Source of the DNA: Alteromonadales bacterium
GTDB lineage: Bacteria; Pseudomonadota; Gammaproteobacteria; Enterobacterales; GCA-2746155
Length of the DNA stretch: 38,170 nucleotides
Assembly: GCA_964228485.1 (NCBI GenBank)
Contig: CAXRAF010000083.1
Location: 1 to 38,170, forward strand
Direction: 5' to 3'
The notes below the pieces were generated by a model. The model was not told the DNA's origin, did not search any database, and saw only the letters and a program-made list of their open reading frames with translations. A program made the position numbers and the translations under genes. Positions 10,982-19,434 of the stretch are shown here, piece by piece (the stretch's first letter is position 1; each line of letters starts with the position of its first letter).

Positions 10982-12088
10982 GTGAAAATTATGTTTAGCT
11001 CTATTGAAGTTCTGAAAAGATATAGCGCTTTATTTTCTGTCATTCTAGCAATCTGTTGGACGCCACTAAGTCAGGGACAAGATTTTAATATAAACCTGTT
11101 CACGCACTTTGAGTACGATAGTTCAGATGCCGCTGACGCGGCTGATAGAACCCTTGAATGGGGAGAAACAGCGCTTTTTATAACCGGTAATCTCACAGGA
11201 AAACTATCGTTTTTAGGTGAGTTTACTTACACTGCCCCCAAATATTCCTCTGAGCAATTCTCGGCGCACCGTTATCGTCTCCGCTACGAATTTGACCGAG
11301 ATAATGCGGTAAGTTTTGGCAAGATGCACACACCAGTGAATTACTGGAACGATAATTTCCACCACGGCCGAATTTTCTTTCCCACCATTAACCGGCCGAT
11401 GTCATTTTCACGTTTCATTCCAATTCATGAGGTAGGTGTGCGTTTCACCGGTTTGAGTCCTATTGGTACCGGTGTTGGCTATGACGTGGTATTAGGTACT
11501 GGACAGTCCGAGGGCGATGATGCCTTTGGTCATGGGGTGCAGTCGTATACCGTAAACTTTAATTGGGCACCATGGTCAAACTCACGAGCCGTCGTGAGCT
11601 ATTATTATGACACCATACTTGAATACGAAGATAACCCTTTCCATTCCGGACACTCCCACGGTGGTGACAATCATATGGGAATGGGAGGCGATGGCATGCA
11701 TATGGATCCGTTGGATTCAGGACGTGATATCGATATCCCTTATGAACTGCTATCTTTTTCGCTCCATCATGAGGATGAGGATTGGCGGACGCTGACGGAA
11801 ATATCAGCTAATCGGACTGACGGCGGAGATTGGAATCATGCGGTTTATCAGTATGCCGGCTACCACATCACCGACGTATTTACAGTCTATGCTCTTTATG
11901 ACTACGTAGATGTCGATGCTAGCGAGATTCACTTCAGGTCTGGGACTGAGAGACGTGTTGGCTTGGGTCTTGAATGGTTCGTCACTGATGCGACCTCTTT
12001 GAAGTTTGAGGTACGCGCAGAGCAAAACCAACAGGGCGACAACGCTGATGAAGACGTTATAGAAGCCCAATTATCATTTGCATTCTGA
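10982..12088 (+). CDS. Predicted outer-membrane beta-barrel (porin-like) protein with an internal His/Met-rich loop
   Basis: 368-aa ORF with an N-terminal signal-like segment (ALFSVILAICWTPLSQGQ). It has alternating aromatic/hydrophilic beta-strand patterning throughout and the C-terminal OMP signature ...AQLSFAF with a terminal Phe. The start could be GTG 10982 or ATG 10991, and no clear SD is present. No named family was recognised by eye. Confidence 0.7.
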   Translation: MKIMFSSIEVLKRYSALFSVILAICWTPLSQGQDFNINLFTHFEYDSSDAADAADRTLEWGETALFITGNLTGKLSFLGEFTYTAPKYSSEQFSAHRYRLRYEFDRDNAVSFGKMHTPVNYWNDNFHHGRIFFPTINRPMSFSRFIPIHEVGVRFTGLSPIGTGVGYDVVLGTGQSEGDDAFGHGVQSYTVNFNWAPWSNSRAVVSYYYDTILEYEDNPFHSGHSHGGDNHMGMGGDGMHMDPLDSGRDIDIPYELLSFSLHHEDEDWRTLTEISANRTDGGDWNHAVYQYAGYHITDVFTVYALYDYVDVDASEIHFRSGTERRVGLGLEWFVTDATSLKFEVRAEQNQQGDNADEDVIEAQLSFAF

Positions 12089-12093
12089 ATCTG

Positions 12094-12525
12094 ATGAAAC
12101 GAATCGTTGCACAGCTTTTTCTAATCGCCTTACTGGCTAGCTCGTATACTGTGCTGGCCAAAGATACTTATATAGTGGCGAATGCACCAGTCAATGCTTC
12201 TCTGGATGACGCCTCTCTTTTGGCGTTACTGAAAGGGGAGCGTCGGAACTGGGATGATGGTAATGCCGCGACAGTGGTATTGCCCTCGCGTGAGTCGGAA
12301 GATTTTGAGCCCGTTGCACAGAAATTATTTGGGACTTCGGGCCGAGTCATGCAGCGCCTGTGGTTCAGGCTTGTTTTTAGTGGTCGTGTGAATGCGCCTG
12401 TGTACGTGGATGATACCGCCAAGGTTATTGCAACCGTTGAGGCAAAGTCTGGCGCGGTGGGCATTCTGCTCGCGACGGAGCAACCAGTAGTGCCTAGCCC
12501 ACTGCGGGTGGTCAAGCTGAAGTGA
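12094..12525 (+). CDS. Small secreted periplasmic-binding-protein-like (PstS / PBP type-2 fold, single-lobe) protein
   Basis: 143-aa ORF with a signal peptide (MKRIVAQLFLIALLASSYTVLA|KD). The pattern LLKGERRNWDDGNAATVVLPSRES...KSGAVGIL resembles the conserved I-x-G-x-x-x-NW...V..R...SG....GA(I/V)GY half of phosphate-binding-type PBPs. It starts 5 nt after the OMP stop. Confidence 0.65.
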   Translation: MKRIVAQLFLIALLASSYTVLAKDTYIVANAPVNASLDDASLLALLKGERRNWDDGNAATVVLPSRESEDFEPVAQKLFGTSGRVMQRLWFRLVFSGRVNAPVYVDDTAKVIATVEAKSGAVGILLATEQPVVPSPLRVVKLK

Positions 12526-14396
12526 ACCGTTCGGTTCTATTTCAAGTTACTGCCTTGATGGTGTCAGTGACACTGTTGGTGGCGCTCATGATGCTGTACG
12601 TATTGCCCAACAGACAACAAGCCATTCTAGAGGCAAGTATGCGCGACGAATTGAGTAGCCTCACCGCCGCCTATTCCATTAGTGTGCGCTCTGCATTGCA
12701 GCAACAAGACTTGTCGGCACTGGAGGAGCTTAACGCACAAGTCTCCGATGATAGTAGAAACCCCATTGTTGCAATCATAAGTAATGATGATACTGAGACA
12801 GGTATTTTTGCAGTTTTCCCCGATTCTGAAGTGATTGCAGACGTTGACGAGATTTATGGGTTGAACTATCTGGTAGCTGAAAGTTCCTTTGAAACCGATA
12901 TCATCAATGGCCGAGTTGCAGTTATGTTTAAGCGAGAGGATCTTGAGGCTCGGCTATGGTCTCTTAATCAACCGCTTTACCTTTCTTTTGCCTTCATCTG
13001 CCTATTGCAAATTGTTTTCGCTAAACAGCTCTCGAAGCGCGTATTACTACCGATTATTGAAGCTGCATCGCTTGCTGACAAACTCAGCGATCGGCAATAC
13101 GACCAACGACTACAAAAAGTAGCTCGGCGAGATGAGATAGGTCAGCTAGCGGCGAGTCTTCGTCGCCTCAAGACAATGCTCAAGGTACAAGATCGTGAAA
13201 ACCGACGCCTGCTTTTATCGCTCGAAGATACAGTTGCTGAGCGAACAGCTGAACTAACCGAAGCACTTGCGGCCAAGGATAGTTTTACCGCCAGCGTGAG
13301 TCACGAGTTGCGGACACCCCTACATAGCATCATTGCATCACTCGATCTCATGGCTGATGCCACACTCGATCCCAAAGACAGGCAAAGTTATCTGCGGATT
13401 GCCCAGCGCGGCTCTGAAGCGCTATTGCTGTTGATAAATGAGTTGTTAGATTTCCAGCGCTGGGAACACGAGAAAATTGTGTTAAAGAATGAACCGACTG
13501 AGCTACATGGTTTTCTTAGCGATATTGAAAAAACCACAGAGATGCTCTTCGATGATTCGCCTATCCGCTTTGAGGCATTGATCGATGAAACCCGTGATGT
13601 GTATGTCATGATGGATCAACAACGCATCGGTCAAATCTTGCTCAACTTGCTGGGAAATGCACGCAAGTTCACGCGCGAGGGGGAGGTTAACCTCGAGGTA
13701 CGTGCTCTGAATCACACGGAACACTTCACTGAGTTTTTGTTTGTGGTTTCAGATACCGGTATTGGGATTGATGCAGACAATATCGAGAAAATTAGTGAGC
13801 CATATTTCCAGACTGGAGATGGATTAAACCGAAAGTTCTCTGGGACTGGCCTCGGTCTAAGCATTGTTCGAAAATTACTAGATGCTGTGGATTCTAAGCT
13901 CAATATCTCTAGCGAATTGGGTCAAGGTTCGGTATTTGAATTTTCATTGCGGTTGCAAAATTCGGCGCTAGAGGAAGAGAAGAGTGTTGAGCATTCTGAG
14001 CCTGAGTTACGGTCTCAATCTGGGTCTTCAGTTTCGTCCTACAAGTTCTTATATGTTGAGGATATTCAAACGAATCGAATGGTCATGTCAGCGATGATGA
14101 AACGCCTTGGTATTAAATTGACATTGGCAAGTTCGGCGCGGGAGGCTTTCAAAATTCTACAGAACCAGGATATCGATATTGTAATCACAGATATACAAAT
14201 GCCCGAACATTCGGGGCTCGATTTGATGTCATGGATCACTAACGACCCAGTGCTTGCCAAGAAACTACGTGTCTTCGCCTGTACTGCAAATGCAGGTAGT
14301 GATGCTGTGCAGGAGTTTGAAGAGGCAGGCTTTGAATCTGTATTAACAAAACCCCTTAACTTACAGGTTTTGGAAAAGTTTCTTGAACGAATTTAA
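12522..14396 (+). CDS. Hybrid sensor histidine kinase/response regulator (TM - periplasmic domain - TM - HAMP - HisKA - HATPase_c - REC)
   Basis: 624-aa ORF with two TM helices (aa ~7-27 and ~152-170) flanking a ~120-aa periplasmic segment. It has the H-box SVSHELRTPL (His261, nt 13302-13304), N/G boxes (LLNLLGNARKFT, DTGIGID, GTGLGLSIV) and a C-terminal receiver (VITDIQMP with Asp557, then LTKPL). The GTG start overlaps the upstream stop (GTGA). Confidence 0.9.
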   Translation: MNRSVLFQVTALMVSVTLLVALMMLYVLPNRQQAILEASMRDELSSLTAAYSISVRSALQQQDLSALEELNAQVSDDSRNPIVAIISNDDTETGIFAVFPDSEVIADVDEIYGLNYLVAESSFETDIINGRVAVMFKREDLEARLWSLNQPLYLSFAFICLLQIVFAKQLSKRVLLPIIEAASLADKLSDRQYDQRLQKVARRDEIGQLAASLRRLKTMLKVQDRENRRLLLSLEDTVAERTAELTEALAAKDSFTASVSHELRTPLHSIIASLDLMADATLDPKDRQSYLRIAQRGSEALLLLINELLDFQRWEHEKIVLKNEPTELHGFLSDIEKTTEMLFDDSPIRFEALIDETRDVYVMMDQQRIGQILLNLLGNARKFTREGEVNLEVRALNHTEHFTEFLFVVSDTGIGIDADNIEKISEPYFQTGDGLNRKFSGTGLGLSIVRKLLDAVDSKLNISSELGQGSVFEFSLRLQNSALEEEKSVEHSEPELRSQSGSSVSSYKFLYVEDIQTNRMVMSAMMKRLGIKLTLASSAREAFKILQNQDIDIVITDIQMPEHSGLDLMSWITNDPVLAKKLRVFACTANAGSDAVQEFEEAGFESVLTKPLNLQVLEKFLERI

Positions 14397-14424
14397 TCGC
14401 GCTTAGCGCTAGGTTCTCTATCCT

Positions 14425-14461
14425 GACATGTGGTTGTTTGAGCCAGCATGTCGGCGCTTTT
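14425..14461 (+). terminator. Candidate terminator after the hybrid kinase gene
   Basis: GACATGTGG...CCA(G)CATGTC is a stem of about 9 bp with one bulge, followed by GGCGCTTTTC. The T-run is short, so the call is moderate to weak. Confidence 0.35.
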
Positions 14462-14672
14462 CTGGAATACTAAACATGGCAGGTTCAATAGCAAACCATA
14501 CAAAAGATTAAATTTTCTGTTATATCGGTCTTTTTTGTATCGCTTTCGTATGGATCTAGGCTAGAATTCAAAAAGTATTGATCTTGGGCTTCGTCCCAAC
14601 TAAAAATACAAATTACCGCCTTTTAAGTCATTGACACGAATGACATTTACAAGAAATTTTTACTTTTACGGA

Positions 14673-14686
14673 TGCATACGTATGTA
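14673..14686 (+). promoter_or_regulatory. CG-centred palindrome (LacI-family-operator-like) upstream of glgP
   Basis: CATACGTATG (14675-14684) is a perfect 10-bp palindrome centred on CG, and it extends imperfectly to TGCATACGTATGTA. It lies about 100 nt upstream of the glgP ATG, between the hexamers TTTACG and CATATT, which could serve as -35 and -10 elements. Confidence 0.3.
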
Positions 14687-14781
14687 GCATATTGCGTCAG
14701 ACGTGCGTGTGCCCTACAGTCATTAACTAGAACTCGACCTTAATAATACTAATACAGAGTTCGGCAAACTGGGCTTATACA

Positions 14782-17241
14782 ATGAACTACATCAACCTAG
14801 ATGAGATTGACTCTGCGGTATTGAAAAAACGCATAGAGCATCACTTGAGTTATACCTTGGGTGACTTCAATCGTACGGCAACGACGATGAACCGACGGTC
14901 ATGGTGGGAAGCTGTGTGTATGGCAGTCAACGATACCATCTTTCAAAAGATGGCCGAGACTCAGGCGCGTCATAACGATGCCAATGTGCGGCGAATTTAC
15001 TACTTCTCGCTCGAATACCTCATGGGTCGTCTGACAGCAAATAATCTCAACAATCTCGGGCTCTATGAAGCCATGCGAGATGCGTTATTGGATATGGATG
15101 TTGAGCTATCCGACCTGCTGGAATCGGCACCGGATATGGCGCTTGGCAACGGTGGTCTCGGGCGCTTGGCGGCCTGCTTTATCGACTCCTTAGCGACCAT
15201 GGATTATCCCGCCATTGCCTATGGCATTCATTATGAAAATGGTTTCTTTAAACAAGAAATTGAGAATGGTCGTCAGGTTGAACGTCCCGATGTTTGGCGT
15301 GACTTTGGAAACCCGTGGGAATTATGCCGTCCGAACCTGGCGCAACGCATTGGTCTATATGGACAGGTAAGCAATATTACCGATGAATATGGTAATGAGA
15401 AACGCTTTTGGGAGCCAAGTGCTTCGGTTACAGGTGTGCCCTGGGACGTGGCTGTGGTCGGTTATCAATCAAAGACAATTAATATCCTGCGTCTGTGGCA
15501 ATGTCGCACAGAAGATCAGTTTGATTGGGATCAGTTCAATTCCGGTAACTATCATGAAGCCCACCGCAATAAGGTGTTGGCTGAGACTATTTCACGGGTA
15601 TTGTATCCAAGTGACGAGACCCCTGAAGGACAGGAACTACGATTCATTCAGCAATATTTTTTCTGTGCTTGCTCGATTAAAGACATCATCAGCCGTTTCA
15701 TGCAATCAGAGTCTCCGGACTGGGATAATCTACCGGATGTTTGTGCGATTCAGTTAAATGATACCCATCCAACAATCGCTATTTTAGAGTTAATGCGAAC
15801 TCTGTGCGATGAACTCGGATTGGCTTGGGATCGTGCCTGGGGCATGTGCCAGAAGATTTTCTCGTACACCAACCATACGTTACTCCCAGAAGCTCTCGAG
15901 ACTTGGGGTGTGGATTTGTTTGAGCGTGTGCTACCACGCCACTTAGAAATCCTGTACAGAATTAATGAAATCTTCCTGGATGAAGTTGTTGAAAAGCAGT
16001 GGCCGGGTGATTTAGATAAGCGCAAGAAATTATCTCTGATTGAGGAGAATCATGGGCGACGAGTACGTATGGCAAACCTGTGTGTGATTACCTCGCATAA
16101 GGTGAATGGTGTAGCAGCTATTCACTCAGAATTGGTAAAGCAAGATCTGTTTCCAGAATTCCACCAGTTGTGGCCAGAAAAGCTCGTTAATGTGACCAAT
16201 GGTATAACTCCAAGGCGCTGGTTATTGACCTCTAATCCAGCACTCGCCGAACTGCTGACAGAAACAGTCGGTGATGACTGGCCAAAAGATTTGTATCAAC
16301 TCGAGAAACTCATGGATTTTGCCGATGATGAGGCATTCCAAAAGCAGTTCATGGCGATTAAATTGGCCAACAAGGTCAAGTTAGCCAAACACATAAAAGA
16401 TCGGTTGAACATTGAGGTAGATCCGACCGCTATTTTTGATGTGCATATCAAACGTCTGCACGAGTATAAACGTCAGCATTTAAACCTGCTGCATATTCTG
16501 TCGCTCTATCGTCGGTTGCTGAATAACCCCGATGATGACATGCATCCAAGGGTTTTCATCTTCTCAGCCAAAGCGGCACCGAGCTACTATTTAGCAAAAG
16601 AAATTATTTACGCTATCAATAAAATCGCTGACCGCATTAATAATGACATTCGCATCAAAGGCAAACTCAAGGTGGTTTTTCTTGCCAATTATCGAGTCAG
16701 TTTAGCTGAGAAAATCATTCCCGCTGCCGATGTTTCAGAGCAAATTTCTACTGCCGGTAAAGAGGCCTCTGGTACAGGTAACATGAAGTTGGCGCTGAAT
16801 GGTGCTGTGACCATTGGGACACTTGATGGCGCAAATATTGAAATTGCTGAAGCCGTTGGTGAGGACAATATCTTTATCTTCGGTAAGACCGTAAACGAGA
16901 TGAAAGCGCTCAATGAAGAGGGCTATGATCCGGCTGATTTCTATAATCATGATGTCGACTTAAAGGCCTGTTTAGATTGGTTAGAGTCTGATTACTTTAC
17001 CCCGGGAAATCCTGGTGAGTTATCGGAAGTTCGTCGTAACCTAATGACTGATGATCCCTACCGCGTACTGGTCGATTTTGCCGACTATAAGCGTGCTCAT
17101 GAATTATTGGACAGCGCCTTTAAAGACCCGGCAGGTTGGGCTAAAAAGGCCATCATCAACACCGCGATGATGGGTAAGTTTAACTCTGATCGTTCGATAC
17201 AAGACTATGTCGATCGAATCTGGCACATTACGCCCTGTTAG
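14782..17241 (+). CDS. glgP: Glycogen/maltodextrin phosphorylase (GT35)
   Basis: 819-aa ORF with diagnostic motifs: YFSLEYLMGR, LGNGGLGRLAACFIDS, the PLP-lysine region TAGKEASGTGNMKLALNGAVTIGTLDGANIEI, and C-terminal FNSDRSIQDY. Confidence 0.95.
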   Translation: MNYINLDEIDSAVLKKRIEHHLSYTLGDFNRTATTMNRRSWWEAVCMAVNDTIFQKMAETQARHNDANVRRIYYFSLEYLMGRLTANNLNNLGLYEAMRDALLDMDVELSDLLESAPDMALGNGGLGRLAACFIDSLATMDYPAIAYGIHYENGFFKQEIENGRQVERPDVWRDFGNPWELCRPNLAQRIGLYGQVSNITDEYGNEKRFWEPSASVTGVPWDVAVVGYQSKTINILRLWQCRTEDQFDWDQFNSGNYHEAHRNKVLAETISRVLYPSDETPEGQELRFIQQYFFCACSIKDIISRFMQSESPDWDNLPDVCAIQLNDTHPTIAILELMRTLCDELGLAWDRAWGMCQKIFSYTNHTLLPEALETWGVDLFERVLPRHLEILYRINEIFLDEVVEKQWPGDLDKRKKLSLIEENHGRRVRMANLCVITSHKVNGVAAIHSELVKQDLFPEFHQLWPEKLVNVTNGITPRRWLLTSNPALAELLTETVGDDWPKDLYQLEKLMDFADDEAFQKQFMAIKLANKVKLAKHIKDRLNIEVDPTAIFDVHIKRLHEYKRQHLNLLHILSLYRRLLNNPDDDMHPRVFIFSAKAAPSYYLAKEIIYAINKIADRINNDIRIKGKLKVVFLANYRVSLAEKIIPAADVSEQISTAGKEASGTGNMKLALNGAVTIGTLDGANIEIAEAVGEDNIFIFGKTVNEMKALNEEGYDPADFYNHDVDLKACLDWLESDYFTPGNPGELSEVRRNLMTDDPYRVLVDFADYKRAHELLDSAFKDPAGWAKKAIINTAMMGKFNSDRSIQDYVDRIWHITPC

Positions 17242-17250
17242 GTGACAAAG

Positions 17251-19434
17251 ATGCCAGTATCCTACGATCAGATAGATGCCTACCTCAGTGCCCAACACAG
17301 TAATCCGTTTGGATTCATGGGCATGCACATGGATGATTCACGAGGTTATCTAACCGTTTACACTTATCAACCTTACGCAACATCTGTAAAACTGATTAAT
17401 AAATCTAATGGTAAGACGGTGGCGGTGATGAAACACCTGAAAGAGGGTGTATTTGTGGCTGAAACCAGACGCAAAAAGCCATTTCCGTATCATTTTAAGA
17501 TTACCTACGGACATTATGAGACGGATGTCGAGGATACCTATCGATTTGCTTCGGTGCTTGGCGATCTCGATCTTTACCTGCTTAACAATGGTGGTCATAA
17601 GCACCTGTATCAGGTTCTGGGTGCCCATACGCGTGAATTAGATGGTGTCAGTGGCGCTTCATTTGTGGTCTGGGCCCCGAATGCCAGTCAGGTTGCTGTG
17701 GTCGGTGACTTTAATGATTGGGACAACCGTCGTCATGTAATGCGCAATCACCATGAGGCCGGTTTTTGGGATATCTTCATTCCCGGGGTGGTAGAAGGCG
17801 CGAACTATAAGTTTGAGGTACGTGACAGTAACGGTCGAGCCTTGCCACTGAAAAGCGATCCTGTGGGCTCAGAAGCTGAGCATCGACCGAACACGGCATC
17901 GAAAGTTGTGGCACACCGGTACTATCCCTGGTCTGACGATGAGTGGATGTCACTGCGTGGTTCACGTTGTGAATTAGATAAGCCAATCAGTATCTATGAG
18001 GTACATCTGAGTTCGTGGCGTCGCGGCGAGCATGGTCGGTTTCTAAACTATCGCGAGATTGCCGCAGAGTTAGTGCCTTATGTTCAAGCAATGGGCTTCA
18101 CACATGTGCAGTTCATGCCAATCAGTGAATATCCCTTTGATGGCTCCTGGGGCTATCAACCGGTCGGTTTGTTTGCCCCGACATCGCGTCACGGTAACAG
18201 TGAAGATCTGAAGGCCTTGATTGAGGCCTGTCACGAGGCCGATATTGGTGTACTAATCGATTGGGTACCCGGTCATTTCCCATCCGATGATCACGGTTTA
18301 GCGCGTTTCGATGGCACCGCCTTGTATGAATATGAAGACCCTCGGGAAGGATTTCATCCGGATTGGAACACCTACATTTATAACTATGCGTCTGCGCAAG
18401 TGCAGAATTTTCTTCGCGCTAGTGCATTGCATTGGATCGATCGCTATCACATTGATGGCATTCGCGTCGATGCAGTCGCCTCCATGCTCTATCGTAACTA
18501 TTCCCGTAATGATGGCGAATGGATCCCAAACATTCATGGTGGTCATGAGAATTTAGAGGCTATTGAGTTTCTTAAAGGTTTCAATGAAGAACTTTACGCA
18601 ACGCATCCGGGCGTATTCTCCGTGGCTGAAGAATCCACAGCCTGGCCCAAAGTGTCTAAACCGACCCATGAAGGCGGCCTGGGTTTTGGTTTCAAATGGA
18701 ATATGGGCTGGATGAATGACACCCTGAGTTATGTTGCGCGCGACCCGATACATCGTAAGCATCATCATAGTGAAATGACCTTTGGTCTGATCTATGCCTT
18801 CGATGAGCAGTTTATTTTACCCATCAGTCATGATGAGGTGGTTCATGGTAAAGGCTCCATGTTGGATAAAATGCCCGGTGATGCGTGGCAGAAATTTGCT
18901 AATCTGCGTGCCTACTATGGTTTTATGTGGACTCATCCGGGCAAAAAGCTGTTGTTCATGGGGTGCGAGTTTGCCCAAGGAGCTGAGTGGAACCACGACC
19001 AGCCACTTGATTGGCATTTAACAGACATTGATTGGCACTCAGGGGTGCAACAGCTTATCAAGGACTTGAATCGCGTGTACCGTGACTATGGTCAGTTACA
19101 TCAACTCGATTGTTCCGCAGAGGGTTTTGACTGGATTGATGGCGGTAACGAGGAACAATCCATCTTTATCTACGCCCGTTATGGCCATGATAAAGAAAGT
19201 CCCTTGGTGATTATTAATAACTTCACTCCGACTCCGCACCATGATTTCAGGGTAGGTATGCCTAAATCTGGCAACTGGCGCGAGATTATCAACACCGATG
19301 CCGGCCAGTATCAGGGCAGTAACCTGCTCAATGAGGCGACGCTTGCAACTGAGGCCGTTGAGAGTCATGGCCGTGAGCAGTCGATCACAATACAGATTCC
19401 ACCACTCGCAACACTGATTCTGGAGCCTGTATGA
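17251..19434 (+). CDS. glgB: 1,4-alpha-glucan branching enzyme (GH13)
   Basis: GH13 conserved regions are present: DWVPGHFPSD, GIRVDAVASMLY, FSVAEESTAWP and ISHDEVVHGK, plus an N-terminal CBM48-like part (FVVWAPNASQVAVVGDFNDWD). I prefer ATG 17251, which has AGGTGA 5 nt upstream. GTG 17242, abutting the glgP stop, is the alternative. Confidence 0.94.
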   Translation: MPVSYDQIDAYLSAQHSNPFGFMGMHMDDSRGYLTVYTYQPYATSVKLINKSNGKTVAVMKHLKEGVFVAETRRKKPFPYHFKITYGHYETDVEDTYRFASVLGDLDLYLLNNGGHKHLYQVLGAHTRELDGVSGASFVVWAPNASQVAVVGDFNDWDNRRHVMRNHHEAGFWDIFIPGVVEGANYKFEVRDSNGRALPLKSDPVGSEAEHRPNTASKVVAHRYYPWSDDEWMSLRGSRCELDKPISIYEVHLSSWRRGEHGRFLNYREIAAELVPYVQAMGFTHVQFMPISEYPFDGSWGYQPVGLFAPTSRHGNSEDLKALIEACHEADIGVLIDWVPGHFPSDDHGLARFDGTALYEYEDPREGFHPDWNTYIYNYASAQVQNFLRASALHWIDRYHIDGIRVDAVASMLYRNYSRNDGEWIPNIHGGHENLEAIEFLKGFNEELYATHPGVFSVAEESTAWPKVSKPTHEGGLGFGFKWNMGWMNDTLSYVARDPIHRKHHHSEMTFGLIYAFDEQFILPISHDEVVHGKGSMLDKMPGDAWQKFANLRAYYGFMWTHPGKKLLFMGCEFAQGAEWNHDQPLDWHLTDIDWHSGVQQLIKDLNRVYRDYGQLHQLDCSAEGFDWIDGGNEEQSIFIYARYGHDKESPLVIINNFTPTPHHDFRVGMPKSGNWREIINTDAGQYQGSNLLNEATLATEAVESHGREQSITIQIPPLATLILEPV

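Noticed and set aside
14428-14511. 27-codon ORF (MWLFEPACRRFSGILNMAGSIANHTKD) in the kinase-glgP spacer
   Set aside because: It has no SD, it overlaps the putative terminator hairpin of the kinase gene, and its composition is unremarkable.
14540-14690. GGA motifs (UAUGGAUCU and UUACGGAUGC) in the glgP leader as possible CsrA/RsmA sites
   Set aside because: Only partial matches to the A(N)GGA-in-loop consensus were found. None overlaps the glgP ribosome-binding region, so there is too little evidence to call.
15383-15757. Same-strand alternative-frame ORFs inside large genes: 15383-15757 in glgP, 22988-23368 in malQ, and 24602-24994 and others in the protease gene
   Set aside because: These are embedded in strongly supported reading frames. 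Their translations are Cys/Arg/Ser-rich with no motifs, as expected by chance in long genes.
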